A stretch of DNA of 64,000 bases from a bacterium (lineage in GTDB: Bacteria; Margulisbacteria; Marinamargulisbacteria; SXXA01). The position numbers and the translations under genes were made by a program. Under the pieces are notes generated by a model. It was not told where the DNA came from. It saw nothing but the letters and a program-made list of their open reading frames with translations, and did not search any database. The stretch is taken from the NCBI GenBank assembly GCA_010028705.1, contig RHAI01000002.1, positions 580 to 64,579 of the forward strand, in the 5' to 3' direction. Below, in pieces: positions 37,399 through 47,992 of this stretch. Each line of letters opens with the position of its first letter. The stretch's first letter is position 1.

Positions 37399-39603
37399 TC
37401 AAGGCGTTCGACGGCGTTCGGAGGCATATTGTGAAACGATGCCTTGTTTTTCGAGATCTTCCATGAGTCGCGCCGCCCGGTTGTACCCAATTCGGAGTTT
37501 CCGCTGTAAATAGGATGTTGATGCATATTGGGTGCTAATAATAATTTGTTTCGCTTCTTCAAAGAGTTCGTCTTGGTCTGGTGGGGGGGCTTCGCTTGGT
37601 TCTAATGGCTCCACTTCCATCGCGGCTTCGAAGTACTGTGGGGATGCCTGTGCTTTGATGAATTGAACCACGGATTTAACTTCTTTCTCGCTGACATAGA
37701 CTCCTTGGACTCGTTGGGGTTTAAATGAACCGACGGGAGAGTAGAGCATATCTCCTTTACCCAGTAATTTTTCGGCACCTGCCATATCTAGAATGGTTCG
37801 AGAGTCGATTTGGGACTGCAAAAAGAAGCTGACTCGAGACGGAACATTCGCCTTAATTAATCCAGTGACCACATCAACGCTCGGTCGTTGAGTGGCGATG
37901 ACCAGATGAATTCCGGTGGCTCTCGACATTTGAGCGAGGCGACAAATCGTATTTTCGACCTCTTGCGACGCGACCATCATCAAGTCAGCTAACTCGTCGA
38001 TGATTACGACGATATAAGGGTATTTTTGGTAAATAGTATGAGTTGATTGCTCAACTGAATCTTGGAGTGGGGAACCTTTTTCCTGATCGATCACCCACTG
38101 ATTAAATCCCTCAATATTTTTTACACCTACTTTTGAGAATACTTCGTAACGGCGTTCCATCTCGACTAATGCCCATTTGTTTAATGTGGCGGCGGCTTTG
38201 TGTGGGTCTGTGACAACGGGCGCCACCAAATGGGGTATTCCTTCGTATAAACTGAGCTCAACTTTTTTGGGGTCTATCATCAAAAATTTGACTTCATCCG
38301 GTGTGGCTTTCAAAAGGATCGATAATATTAAACCGTTGACACATACGCTTTTGCCGGCTCCAGTAGCACCTGCAATCAGGACATGGGGCATTTTTGCTAA
38401 ATCCATTAAGACCGGCTCTCCGGTAATTGTCAGGCCGATACCAGTCAATAGTTTGGTTGGGCTTTTGAAAAAGTCGGTTTTTTCTAAAAGGCCACGCAGT
38501 GTGACCAAATCCGTTTGTGCGTTGGGTACCTCGATGCCCACTAGAGCCTTGCCAGGAATTGGGGCTTCAATTCGAACATCCGGTGCGGCAAGTTTCAGTG
38601 CGAGATCTTTATTCAGCGAGGTGATTTTTGCTACTTTGACCCCGACCCCAGGTTCGAGTTCGAAGCGTGTAATCGAAGGCCCTGGTGTAATATTCACTAC
38701 CTTGGCACTGACTTGGAAGCTGGCTAATGTTTCTTCTAGAACGCGTCCTTGGTCTTGGCGGCGTTTTATATTTTCTTTGGAGTTAATTACGCTGGCGCCA
38801 CTAGGTTCCAATAGAGCGATCGGTGGAAATTGGTAGTCCGAGGGATTGGGCTCGATGATCAACAGTGGGGCGTTACTTTTTTTTCGTTTTGTTTCAGGGA
38901 TTGGGGCTTCGTCCGTGGTGACGTTAGGGGAGTCGATTAGGTCGGCCTGGGATATTGGGAAGTTGCTGTCCGTTGTGTCGCTAATTGTATCTAACGGTAA
39001 AGGTTTTCGCTCAAACTCATCGTCTGAGAAAATCTTAGGGGACACTTTCGTGTTGACTTTCTTCGGTGATGAAGCCTGCGTATTAATCGTCGAAGATGGA
39101 GTGAGGGCCGCTAACATCTGCTTCACTATCCCGATCCACGACATGTTTAGCATTGCCCCCATGCCAATAATAACTGCACCAGTTGTCCATAATATTGTTC
39201 CCATATTACCCAGTAAATTGAACGATCCCCAGTACAATAGCCATCCGATGATGCCCCCGCCATGGTGTGATATTGGCCATGCCCAGTCTTGGGGGATTTT
39301 AAAAAGCGCTGCGTCGAGCAATACGCTAACCCCAATCATTGTCAGGATCCCTCCGGATATCATCCGTTTCCAATGGTTTCGTCCTGCGATGGTCGACATA
39401 CTGGTTAACAACCCAATGACGGGGATAATAATCGATGATCTTCCGAACAGAGTGACGCTTGTCCATCGGACTATCCATATACCAACCCAACCGGTCCATT
39501 CGGGTCGAATTAATGCCATTCCCCAGAATATGCTGGCTAGTAGAGTGCCAAACCCTATCCACTCGCTTCGGTGACTGGATCGTGAGGATAATTTATTGGC
39601 CAT
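37399..39603 (-). CDS. ftsK: DNA translocase FtsK/SpoIIIE
   Basis: N-terminal 4-TM region. Pro/Ser-rich linker. Motor domain with Walker A GATGAGKSV and DELADLMM. C-terminal gamma winged-helix (QYASTSYLQRKLRIGYNRAARLMEDLEKQGIVS). Confidence 0.9.
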   Translation of the reverse strand: MANKLSSRSSHRSEWIGFGTLLASIFWGMALIRPEWTGWVGIWIVRWTSVTLFGRSSIIIPVIGLLTSMSTIAGRNHWKRMISGGILTMIGVSVLLDAALFKIPQDWAWPISHHGGGIIGWLLYWGSFNLLGNMGTILWTTGAVIIGMGAMLNMSWIGIVKQMLAALTPSSTINTQASSPKKVNTKVSPKIFSDDEFERKPLPLDTISDTTDSNFPISQADLIDSPNVTTDEAPIPETKRKKSNAPLLIIEPNPSDYQFPPIALLEPSGASVINSKENIKRRQDQGRVLEETLASFQVSAKVVNITPGPSITRFELEPGVGVKVAKITSLNKDLALKLAAPDVRIEAPIPGKALVGIEVPNAQTDLVTLRGLLEKTDFFKSPTKLLTGIGLTITGEPVLMDLAKMPHVLIAGATGAGKSVCVNGLILSILLKATPDEVKFLMIDPKKVELSLYEGIPHLVAPVVTDPHKAAATLNKWALVEMERRYEVFSKVGVKNIEGFNQWVIDQEKGSPLQDSVEQSTHTIYQKYPYIVVIIDELADLMMVASQEVENTICRLAQMSRATGIHLVIATQRPSVDVVTGLIKANVPSRVSFFLQSQIDSRTILDMAGAEKLLGKGDMLYSPVGSFKPQRVQGVYVSEKEVKSVVQFIKAQASPQYFEAAMEVEPLEPSEAPPPDQDELFEEAKQIIISTQYASTSYLQRKLRIGYNRAARLMEDLEKQGIVSQYASERRRTP

Positions 39604-40043
39604 TATATATTGATTTTTACGTTGTCGCCGATAGAAAATCCGTTGGCCTGACTCGATCCGCCGCGGATTTCAAGGACCCAGCGAGCATTGCTACTCGGAA
39701 CGATCGGAATTTCGGAGAAAGGGACAGCGTTACGCTTGATAAAAGCGATTTGTTTGTTGCTCCCGATCCAAATTATATCTAACGGGATTGGCGTGTTTTT
39801 CATCCAAAATGCATAAATACCATCGGATGGAAAAATAAAAAGCATCCCGGAACGGCTTCCCAGACGAGCGCGATGCATGAGGCCTCGCTGGTGCTCAACG
39901 TTTGTTTTAGCGAGTTCTACTGAGTAGGTTACGCCACGAATGGTAACAGAGGAGGCGATTGCAGGGGCAAATAATAGGCCCCAAGCTATCGCTACCCCAT
40001 AAATAGCTCGTCGACTACGCTGAAGCGTTGAGAGCCCGAGCAA
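39603..40043 (-). CDS. DUF192 (COG1430) family secreted protein
   Basis: Signal peptide. MLFIFPSDGIYAFWMKNTPIPLDIIWIGSNKQIAFIKRNAVP...WVLEIRGG. Confidence 0.7.
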   Translation of the reverse strand: MLGLSTLQRSRRAIYGVAIAWGLLFAPAIASSVTIRGVTYSVELAKTNVEHQRGLMHRARLGSRSGMLFIFPSDGIYAFWMKNTPIPLDIIWIGSNKQIAFIKRNAVPFSEIPIVPSSNARWVLEIRGGSSQANGFSIGDNVKINI

Positions 40044-40275
40044 GTCGAGACTTACGGCGAGCCGCCGCCTTTTTGTGCGTTACGCCTTTGGTGACTGTTT
40101 TGTCGATCGTTCGCATTGCGTTTTTGACTATCTCTGCCTTGCCTTCAGTATTTTCGCTGATAGCCGATAATGCTCGTTTAATAACCGACTTAACGAGTGT
40201 CTTGTATTTTAAATTGCGCTGCCGATTACGCTCATTAATTAGAATATTCTTCTTCGACGATTTGTTATTTGCCAC
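40015..40275 (-). CDS. rpsT: 30S ribosomal protein S20
   Basis: MANNKSSKKNILINERNRQRNLKYKTLVKSVIKRA...KKAAARRKSRLARALNA. Confidence 0.85.
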   Translation of the reverse strand: MANNKSSKKNILINERNRQRNLKYKTLVKSVIKRALSAISENTEGKAEIVKNAMRTIDKTVTKGVTHKKAAARRKSRLARALNASA

Positions 40276-40344
40276 TGTAACTCCTTAAAGTAAACCTGTA
40301 CCGAACTAAATTGCGCGGAATGTCATGTCGATGACCGCCCCGGT

Positions 40345-40374
40345 TTGACATGAATCCCGAGGGCTGGTTATGAT
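40345..40374 (+). promoter_or_regulatory. Sigma70-type promoter upstream of accD
   Basis: TTGACA (40345-40350), 18-nt spacer, TATGAT (40369-40374), ~35 nt before the accD ATG. Confidence 0.45.
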
Positions 40375-40406
40375 GGACCCAAAATTTTATCTCTTACAAA
40401 TTTCCT

Positions 40407-41273
40407 ATGTCAATCATTGATTGGTTCGCTAAAAAAGAAAAAAATATCAGCTCGGCTGAGCGACTAAACATTCCTGGAGATGTGTGGGTTAAGTGTACCA
40501 GTTGTTCTGAGATTTTGTTTCAGAAAGATCTGGATTCTCACTGCAAGGTGTGCTCCAAATGTGGGTTTCATTTTCGGATATCCCCGGCTGAGCGAATTCG
40601 GTATATTTTCGATCACGAATCTTTCGTAGAATACGACTCCAATGTCGGCCCCGTCGATTTCCTGGGTTTTTTTGACACCGAAAGTTACTCTGATCGGATA
40701 CGGAAGGCTCAACAGAAATTTGACCGAAATGATGCGATTGTTTCGGGAGTAGGTAGTATTGGATCTGTTCCAGTTAATGCATCAATAATGGATTTCTTTT
40801 ATATGGGTGGCTCCATGGGGTCGGTTGTGGGTGAGAAAATTACCCGAACAATCGAGCGCAGCATTGATGATTTAAAGCCCGTTGTCGTATTTACCTCGTC
40901 TGGCGGTGCTCGGATGCAGGAAGGTATTATGAGTCTGATGCAAATGGCTAAGACGAGCGCGGCATTAGAACGCCTTGCCGAAAAACGCGTGCCGTATATT
41001 TCAGTTCTTTGTGATCCAACAACAGGTGGCACCTCGGCGAGTTTTGCAATTTTAGGGGACGTCAATATCGCCGAGCCCGGGGCTCTCATTTCGTTTGCTG
41101 GTCCCCGAGTTATTGAACAGACAATTCGTCAAAAGTTGCCCAAAGGTTTTCAGCGTGCTGAGTTTTTATTAAAACATGGCATGGTGGATATGGTGGTTGA
41201 TCGGCGGCAATTAAGGGAGACTCTACAGACTCTGCTACAAGCATTAAATCCGCACGGAGTCCTCGCGAAATGA
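40407..41273 (+). CDS. accD: Acetyl-CoA carboxylase carboxyltransferase beta subunit
   Basis: Zn ribbon CTSCSE...CKVCSKC. Carboxyltransferase domain (GGSMGSVVGEKI...SSGGARMQEG). Confidence 0.9.
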   Translation: MSIIDWFAKKEKNISSAERLNIPGDVWVKCTSCSEILFQKDLDSHCKVCSKCGFHFRISPAERIRYIFDHESFVEYDSNVGPVDFLGFFDTESYSDRIRKAQQKFDRNDAIVSGVGSIGSVPVNASIMDFFYMGGSMGSVVGEKITRTIERSIDDLKPVVVFTSSGGARMQEGIMSLMQMAKTSAALERLAEKRVPYISVLCDPTTGGTSASFAILGDVNIAEPGALISFAGPRVIEQTIRQKLPKGFQRAEFLLKHGMVDMVVDRRQLRETLQTLLQALNPHGVLAK

Positions 41274-42220
41274 AATTGCTACCGTTTGAAAAACCTTTAG
41301 CCGAGTTGTACGACAAGATTGAGCAGCTTCGAAAATTATCTGAAGAGGGTAATATTGATCTGTCGGGTGAAATTTTAAAAATTGAACAACGCGCCGAGAA
41401 ATTACGTTTAGAAATTTACAAAAATTTAAATCCAAGTCAGATTGTTCAGATCGCGCGACATCCGAACCGGCCCGACTCGGGCAGCTTAATCCGACTGATT
41501 TTTGATACATTTATTGAACTTCATGGTGATCGATTATTCGCTGATGATCCAGCGATTGTTGGAGGAGTAGGAACCCTGGGGGCTGCGAGAGTTGTCATTG
41601 TGGGCCATCAAAAGGGGCATGATACGAAAGAAAATATATTTCGTAATTTTGGGATGCCAAATCCGGATGGGTATCGAAAAGCATTGCGGTTGATGCAGAT
41701 GGCAGAACGATTCCGTATGCCAATCATCACATTTATAGATACTCCAGGTGCTTACCCTGGCCTGGAAGCTGAAGAGAGGGGCCAAGCCGAGGCTATCGCT
41801 AGAAATTTGCGGGAAATGGCGGGCTTTTCGGTACCAATTATTTCGTTTGTCATTGGCGAGGGAGGGTCCGGTGGCGCTTTAGGGATTGGTGTCGCTAACA
41901 AGTTGTACATGCTTGAGAATGCGGTGTATTCGGTGATTTCCCCTGAGGGATGTGCATCCATTTTGTTTCGGGACGCCAAAAAGGCCGACGTAGCGGCGAA
42001 TGCCATGAAAATTACGGCGCCTGAGATTGTAAAGCTTGGGGTGGCTGATGGTATTATCCCGGAACCGTTAGGTGGTGGGCACCATGACTGGAAGGCTGTG
42101 GCCTTTGAAATTGAACGCGCCATTACATCCGACCTAGACATCTTTAAAAGTAAAGCGGAGTCTGAGATTAAGCAGCAACGTTACGATAAATTCCGGAAAA
42201 TGGGTGTCTTCGTTAGTTAG
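41270..42220 (+). CDS. accA: Acetyl-CoA carboxylase carboxyltransferase alpha subunit
   Basis: LPFEKPLAELYDKIEQLRKL...IVGGVGTLGAARVVIVGHQKG...IITFIDTPGAYPG. ATGA overlap with accD. Confidence 0.9.
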   Translation: MKLLPFEKPLAELYDKIEQLRKLSEEGNIDLSGEILKIEQRAEKLRLEIYKNLNPSQIVQIARHPNRPDSGSLIRLIFDTFIELHGDRLFADDPAIVGGVGTLGAARVVIVGHQKGHDTKENIFRNFGMPNPDGYRKALRLMQMAERFRMPIITFIDTPGAYPGLEAEERGQAEAIARNLREMAGFSVPIISFVIGEGGSGGALGIGVANKLYMLENAVYSVISPEGCASILFRDAKKADVAANAMKITAPEIVKLGVADGIIPEPLGGGHHDWKAVAFEIERAITSDLDIFKSKAESEIKQQRYDKFRKMGVFVS

Positions 42221-42244
42221 CATCCATCGAGTGGTTAAGCGAAA

Positions 42245-43885
42245 ATGTTAACCCACCTCCGAATCCATAATTTTGCAGTAATATCCGAATTGGAGCTTGA
42301 TCTGAACGCTGGATACACGGTTCTAACCGGTGAGACTGGAGCCGGGAAGTCCATATTAGTCGATGCGTTGGGGTTGTTGTTGGGAAATAGTGGTAGCGAC
42401 GATTTGGTGCGGAATGGTCAGGAGTTTGCCTTGATCGAGGGCCATTTTAGGCTTTCCCAGCTAAATGGCGAAATCGCAGAATGGGTTGAATCTGATGGGC
42501 GCATGGTAGTGTTACGTAAAATTGTGAAGGGACGTCCATCTGTCACCCGGATTAACGGGCAAACCGTGCCCCTGAAAACCCTTAAAACGATCATGAAAGG
42601 TGTAATTGGGATCACTGGTCAGCATGAACAAATGGGGCTTTTTGAGACGGGGGTGCAGTTGCGCATTATCGATTCATTTTTAGATCCCGATTGCGAGCAC
42701 CTTAGGTTGGACGTATCGAAACAGTTTGCCGATTGGAAAGCCTCGGACACTCGCTTACAGTCCATAGAGACGAGTGAACGTAATGTCGATCAAAAAATTG
42801 AATTTTTAAAATTCCAAATTGCAGATATCGAGTCATTTGGCTTTCAGGACGGTGAGGAAGAGTTGTTAAATCAGGCCAAGAAACAGCTCATTCACGCAGA
42901 TATCTTGAAAGAGTCGACTGCAGCGGCGCTCACATCGACGGATCTCATTCGGGCTGAATTGTATCGATTAGGAGTGGCGGTTAAAAAAATTGCATCGACC
43001 CATCCCGAATTCGGTGACGTATCGGTAGCGATTAGTGAAATGGATGTCGTGGTGGCTGACTGGGATCAACGGCTTTCGTCGGTCCGGAGTAATATAAATT
43101 CGGGACATAGCTACGATATAGACAGCCTGGAAGCGCGGTTGGATTTGATTTTTAGAGCCAAAAATAGGTATAAAGTTAATTCCTTAGACGCCTTGTTTGG
43201 GATTTTAAACCATGCCAAACAGGAATTGTCGGTGTTATTAGACCGAGATAAATTAATGGCTGAATGTCTGGCTGAGACGTCGCGGTTGAGGGTAGTATTG
43301 CAGGACAGTGCGTATCGATTGCATTGTGCTCGCGAGACCAAGGCGTTGGAACTTAGTCAAAAAGTTTCTGAACGATTAGCTGATTTGGGATTTTACGGAG
43401 CCATCCTAGATATTGGTGTCCGATATGATGCCGATACGCTTAACAGTAACGGTGGGACATCGGTAGAGTTTAAGATTGCTCCAAATCCTGGAGACGGCTT
43501 GAAATCCTTGGATCGAATTGCGTCCGGCGGAGAACTGTCTCGGATTATGTTGGCATTTAATTCGGTCTTTTTTGAAAAAAAACCGACGCCTACGTTAGTA
43601 TTTGACGAAGTCGATACCGGGGTTGGGGGCTTAACAGCGTTGAAAATAGGTGAACTTTTAAAATTAACCTCCGCATCAATTCAAGTCTTAGTTGTGACAC
43701 ATTTGCCTCAGATAGCGGCAATGGCAGATCATCATCTACTACTTGAAAAGCAAGTAATTGACGGACGGACCCACACAATAGTCCGTTCATTAGAGCCGTC
43801 TGTCCGAGCGACTGAACTGAAACGCATGGTAGGCGGTGAAGATGTCTTGCAGCATATCCACCAGGCCAATACCGATATGCGTTAG
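42245..43885 (+). CDS. recN: DNA repair protein RecN
   Basis: MLTHLRIHNFAVISELELDLNAGYTVLTGETGAGKSILVDALGLLLG. Long coiled coil. C-terminal SMC signature LSRIASGGELSRIMLA...LVFDEVDTGVGG. Confidence 0.9.
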   Translation: MLTHLRIHNFAVISELELDLNAGYTVLTGETGAGKSILVDALGLLLGNSGSDDLVRNGQEFALIEGHFRLSQLNGEIAEWVESDGRMVVLRKIVKGRPSVTRINGQTVPLKTLKTIMKGVIGITGQHEQMGLFETGVQLRIIDSFLDPDCEHLRLDVSKQFADWKASDTRLQSIETSERNVDQKIEFLKFQIADIESFGFQDGEEELLNQAKKQLIHADILKESTAAALTSTDLIRAELYRLGVAVKKIASTHPEFGDVSVAISEMDVVVADWDQRLSSVRSNINSGHSYDIDSLEARLDLIFRAKNRYKVNSLDALFGILNHAKQELSVLLDRDKLMAECLAETSRLRVVLQDSAYRLHCARETKALELSQKVSERLADLGFYGAILDIGVRYDADTLNSNGGTSVEFKIAPNPGDGLKSLDRIASGGELSRIMLAFNSVFFEKKPTPTLVFDEVDTGVGGLTALKIGELLKLTSASIQVLVVTHLPQIAAMADHHLLLEKQVIDGRTHTIVRSLEPSVRATELKRMVGGEDVLQHIHQANTDMR

Positions 43886-43900
43886 CGAGTTACGCCGGGT

Positions 43901-45535
43901 CTACCGTACATTCGATTGGGGGGTAACGATAAGCGATGATTCATAGTCCATTGGCGCATCAAATCCTAGAAGATTGCATAACGTTGCGGCGACATTTGCG
44001 AGTCCGGCAGTTGGAATTGGGGCCAATTGATAGGGTTGGTCGGGATTAGAATCCACGATAGCAAACGGAACCGGATTTAATGTGTGAGCAGTTTTTGGGG
44101 TACGCAATCCATTTTTCTCAGTAAACATTTCGTCTGCGTTTCCATGGTCCGCTAATATCACGGTAATCCCATTCTGGGCGATTACAGAGTCAATAATTCG
44201 CCGAACACTTTGGTCGGTGATCTCGACCGATTCAATGGTGGCAGAAAGATTGCCAGTATGGCCGACCATGTCGCCATTGGGGTAATTTATCCGGCCAAAA
44301 TCAAAACAACCCGATTCGATTAATTCGATCGCTTTATCGGTTATTTCGATGGCCTTCATGGCGGGGCGTTGATCAAATTGAATCGTATCTGAGGGGATTT
44401 CGATATAGGTTTCGAGTGATTTGTCCAGATATCCGGAATTATTACCGTTCCAAAAATAAGTGACGTGACCATATTTTTGAGTTTCAGAAATCGCAAAAGA
44501 CTTCAGGCCGGATTGACACATATAGTATCCAATTGAGTTTGAAATAGTTGGCGGATTTACGAGATATCGTTCGGGTAATTTTAGGTCGCCGTCATATTGC
44601 ATCATGCCCGCGAACAATACTTTTGGACGGCGTATACGGTCGAAGTATGGGAACGTGTCGTTCTCAAATGCCATGGTCAATTCAATCGCCCGATCTCCTC
44701 TAAAATTAAACATGACAACACTGTCATTATCATAAATACAGCCGATGGGGCCCGACTCATCGCAAATGGTAAACGACGGCAAATATTGATCGGTAATGTT
44801 GGGGTCTTCCGAGTAAAATGTTGATACGGCAACTGAGGCATCCTGAAACGGACGTGCCTTTCCTAGGACGTGGGCGTTCCAACCGCGCTCGACGATGGAC
44901 CAATCAGCGTTGTAGCGGTCCATCGTGGTCACCATCCGACCGCCTCCTGAGGCGATTCGGAAGTCAGCTCCCATTAAATTGATGGATGCGAGGGCCATAT
45001 TGAGTCGACCAATGTAGGTGAGTGCCGATTTTTCGGCGACGTCACGCCCGTCGAGTAATATATGAACTCGTCCCCGTTTGACTCCATTAGCGGCGGCGTC
45101 TTGGATCATGGCGATTAAATGGTCAATATGGGAATGAACATTGCCATCAGAAAGCAATCCGATCCAATGAAATGTTGATTGATGCTGTATTGTGTTGTGA
45201 ACCATATCCGTCCATACCGGGCCCGTCAGTAATGAGCCGGTTTCAATGGCTCGTTTAACGAGCGAGGCACCTTGATCAAATACTCGGCCCGCACCGAGGG
45301 CGTTGTGGCCGACTTCGCTATTCCCCATATCCTCATCACTTGGCATTCCCACCGCTGTTCCGTGCGCTTTCAGAAGTCGATAGGTGGGTAGTGTTTGCAG
45401 CCAGTCAAGCGTCGGTGTTTTTGCCATGTAAACGGCATTGGCGGCGGTCGGTTTTCCGATACCGACTCCATCCATAATAATGAGGACAACTGGCTTACGT
45501 CGCGTAAACCGCGAACTTGGCTGTAGGGTGGGCAT
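43901..45535 (-). CDS. gpmI: 2,3-bisphosphoglycerate-independent phosphoglycerate mutase
   Basis: RKPVVLIIMDGVGIG...SEVGHNALGAGR...ADHGNADEM. 544 aa. Confidence 0.9.
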   Translation of the reverse strand: MPTLQPSSRFTRRKPVVLIIMDGVGIGKPTAANAVYMAKTPTLDWLQTLPTYRLLKAHGTAVGMPSDEDMGNSEVGHNALGAGRVFDQGASLVKRAIETGSLLTGPVWTDMVHNTIQHQSTFHWIGLLSDGNVHSHIDHLIAMIQDAAANGVKRGRVHILLDGRDVAEKSALTYIGRLNMALASINLMGADFRIASGGGRMVTTMDRYNADWSIVERGWNAHVLGKARPFQDASVAVSTFYSEDPNITDQYLPSFTICDESGPIGCIYDNDSVVMFNFRGDRAIELTMAFENDTFPYFDRIRRPKVLFAGMMQYDGDLKLPERYLVNPPTISNSIGYYMCQSGLKSFAISETQKYGHVTYFWNGNNSGYLDKSLETYIEIPSDTIQFDQRPAMKAIEITDKAIELIESGCFDFGRINYPNGDMVGHTGNLSATIESVEITDQSVRRIIDSVIAQNGITVILADHGNADEMFTEKNGLRTPKTAHTLNPVPFAIVDSNPDQPYQLAPIPTAGLANVAATLCNLLGFDAPMDYESSLIVTPQSNVR

Positions 45536-45537
45536 GG

Positions 45538-46671
45538 TTACTCCTTTAGAAAATGGGTGGCGATATATGAAATGATTGTGTCAGAGGCGTGGCCATCGCC
45601 ATACGGATTAGAGGCAGAAGCCATTGAATGGTAATGAGTCGGATTGCACAATAGGTTTGTGACCGATGTGACAATCTGGAAACGAGTCGTTCCAACCAAT
45701 GCGGCGCACCCTGCAGCTACTCCCTCGGGGCGCTCGGTGACGTCTCTCATAACTAATACCGGTTTGTTTAATGATGGGGCCTCTTCTTGTAAACCGCCCG
45801 AGTCGGTGAGAACTAATGTTGATTGCGTCATAATCCATAGTAATTGGTCGTACGGCAAAGGATCTAATAGCTTGATTTGATGGATACCTGAGAGTTCAGA
45901 ATAGATCGTTGAGTAGAATTGTGGGTTTTTGTGAACGGGCAACATGATGTCGATAGTCGGATGCTGGCTCGCTATCTCTTTGAGGGCCGCACAGATTTCT
46001 ACCAGCGGATCTCCGGCGTTTTCCCGTCGATGAGTGGTCACTAAAATGGAACGACGATCAGGTGATCCACCGATCGATGAATACCAGTCGTGATACCTCT
46101 GGTGACCTCGTTGATCAATCAACCGAAGCCCAAGGAATAATGCGTCAATGACTGTATTCCCGACGTTGACGGCGTGATCTTTTTTTCCTTCGCGGATTAG
46201 CCGATTGAGAGATTCTGGAGTCGGTGCAAATTTTGCTGTAGCTACCTCGTCGATTACTCGGCGATTAAATTCTTCCGGATAAGGCGCATAAAGGTCATCA
46301 GTGCGTAAGCCAGCTTCGACGTGAAAAACGTCAAGTTTATTGTAAAATCCGACCATCGCTCCAGCCAAAGCTGAGGTTGTATCGCCCTGAGCAATAATTC
46401 CATTTAGGTGGTATTTAGATACTAAGGGGTCCAATTCTGAAAGTAGCTTCGAATTAAGCTGTGATAGTGATTGCCCAGGTACAATGACGTTCAGTTGGAC
46501 ATCTGGAGTAATATCAAAAAATGACAGGACCGGATGTAATAATGTGTCATGTTGACCAGTGATAATCACGGTTGTTGTAAATCGACTATCGGATCGTAAT
46601 GTATTGATTATGGGGGCTAATTTTATGGCTTCCGGACGGGTTCCGATAATAACCCCGATCGAATAGGTCAT
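45538..46671 (-). CDS. wecB: UDP-N-acetylglucosamine 2-epimerase (non-hydrolysing)
   Basis: IGVIIGTRPEAIKLAPII...HVEAGLRT...DSGGLQEEAPSLNKPVLVMRDVTERPEG. Confidence 0.85.
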   Translation of the reverse strand: MTYSIGVIIGTRPEAIKLAPIINTLRSDSRFTTTVIITGQHDTLLHPVLSFFDITPDVQLNVIVPGQSLSQLNSKLLSELDPLVSKYHLNGIIAQGDTTSALAGAMVGFYNKLDVFHVEAGLRTDDLYAPYPEEFNRRVIDEVATAKFAPTPESLNRLIREGKKDHAVNVGNTVIDALFLGLRLIDQRGHQRYHDWYSSIGGSPDRRSILVTTHRRENAGDPLVEICAALKEIASQHPTIDIMLPVHKNPQFYSTIYSELSGIHQIKLLDPLPYDQLLWIMTQSTLVLTDSGGLQEEAPSLNKPVLVMRDVTERPEGVAAGCAALVGTTRFQIVTSVTNLLCNPTHYHSMASASNPYGDGHASDTIISYIATHFLKE

Positions 46672-47987
46672 GCGCGGCCAATTCCGTAGTAGTTAAAACC
46701 AGCTGCAGCTGCGACGTTCGGATCGATCACCCGACGAGTGTCGACAATCAAGTTTCCCTCCATGACACGTTTGACGGAGTAAAGGTCGATATCAAAGAAT
46801 TCGTTCCATTCGGTTAATATTAACAATAAATGAGCCCCCGTTGCAGTCTCCAATGGCGATGATTTAAATTGAACAGTGTCTCCAAAAATCAGTTTGGCAT
46901 TGGATTCTGCTTCGGGATCATATGCGGCGATGCGGATGCCACGTTTAAGCAATGGGGGTAAAATATCCAGCGACGGAGCATCTCGCATATCATCGGTATT
47001 GGCCTTGAATGCAACCCCTAAAACAGCAATCACGGGCGACTTTATTCCAGCGATTCTATCTTGAATTTGAGTGATAACATGCTGTTTCTGACGATGATTT
47101 ATGGCTTCAACCGATTCGATCATTTTCATTTGCAGTCCATTGCATGCACCGACGGCCCCTAAGGCCCGAATATCTTTTGGAAAACATGATCCTCCGAATC
47201 CTGGACCTGGGGCCAAAAATGATGGCCCGATTCGTGGATCGAGTCCCATCCCCCGCGCAACTTCAAGGACGTCAGTGTGTGTGGATTCACAAAGTAGCGC
47301 CAATTCGTTAATAAACGATATTTTGGTAGCTAAAAATGCGTTCGAAGCATATTTGATATGTTCGGCAGCGAATAGGGAAACTTCCAAAATTGGAATTTTT
47401 CTGGCGATGTAGGAATGATAGATATTTTTCATTCGTTGAAATCCCTCAGGGCAAGATGCTCCGATGACGATTCTATCTGGATTGATACAATCCGAAATCG
47501 CCGCGCCTTCGCGTAAAAATTCGGGATTTGAGACGACGATTGCTTTGTCAGTTAACCCGGCGGTATTAAACCGATCTTGCACCAATTGGTTGGTGCCGAC
47601 CGGAACGGTACTTTTGATGGCAATCACGGCGGGATATTCCGTTGTCCGACTCGAAAGTATCGGAATGAGCTGATCAACGGCGTTAAATAAGTACGATAAA
47701 TCGGCGTCGCCAGTGGAACTCGCGGGAGTGCTTACGGCGATAAAGATCACGTCGCATTGGTTCAGTCGTGGGCCATCCAGTGTGGTGCTAAACCACAGGC
47801 GCTTGCTCTCGGTATTGCGGACTATCATGGGCTCAATACCCGGTTCAAAAATTGGGCTCACTCCGTTTTGAAGTAACCGAATACGATCCGGATTAATATC
47901 AATTAATTCCACTCGATGCCCAAACTCAGCGAGGCATACACCAGTAACTAAGCCGACGTAGCCTGCCCCAATAACAGAAATATCCAT
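46668..47987 (-). CDS. Nucleotide-sugar dehydrogenase (UDP-glucose/UDP-ManNAc dehydrogenase family; wecC-like given the wecB neighbour)
   Basis: MDISVIGAGYVGLVTGVCLAEFGHRV Rossmann start. Catalytic Cys region GFGGSCFPKD. 4-nt overlap with wecB. Confidence 0.75.
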   Translation of the reverse strand: MDISVIGAGYVGLVTGVCLAEFGHRVELIDINPDRIRLLQNGVSPIFEPGIEPMIVRNTESKRLWFSTTLDGPRLNQCDVIFIAVSTPASSTGDADLSYLFNAVDQLIPILSSRTTEYPAVIAIKSTVPVGTNQLVQDRFNTAGLTDKAIVVSNPEFLREGAAISDCINPDRIVIGASCPEGFQRMKNIYHSYIARKIPILEVSLFAAEHIKYASNAFLATKISFINELALLCESTHTDVLEVARGMGLDPRIGPSFLAPGPGFGGSCFPKDIRALGAVGACNGLQMKMIESVEAINHRQKQHVITQIQDRIAGIKSPVIAVLGVAFKANTDDMRDAPSLDILPPLLKRGIRIAAYDPEAESNAKLIFGDTVQFKSSPLETATGAHLLLILTEWNEFFDIDLYSVKRVMEGNLIVDTRRVIDPNVAAAAGFNYYGIGRA

Positions 47988-47992
47988 CGCTT

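Noticed and set aside
37399-39603. Antisense ORFs 38177..38836 (+) and 38846..39574 (+), each over 200 aa
   Set aside because: They lie entirely within, and antisense to, the well-supported ftsK gene. They have no RBS and a composition typical of shadow ORFs. The same reasoning applies to 21968..22543 within ilvD and 29729..30403 within infB.
40028-40288. 86-aa plus-strand ORF
   Set aside because: It is antisense to rpsT, which has a canonical S20 sequence. It is a shadow ORF.
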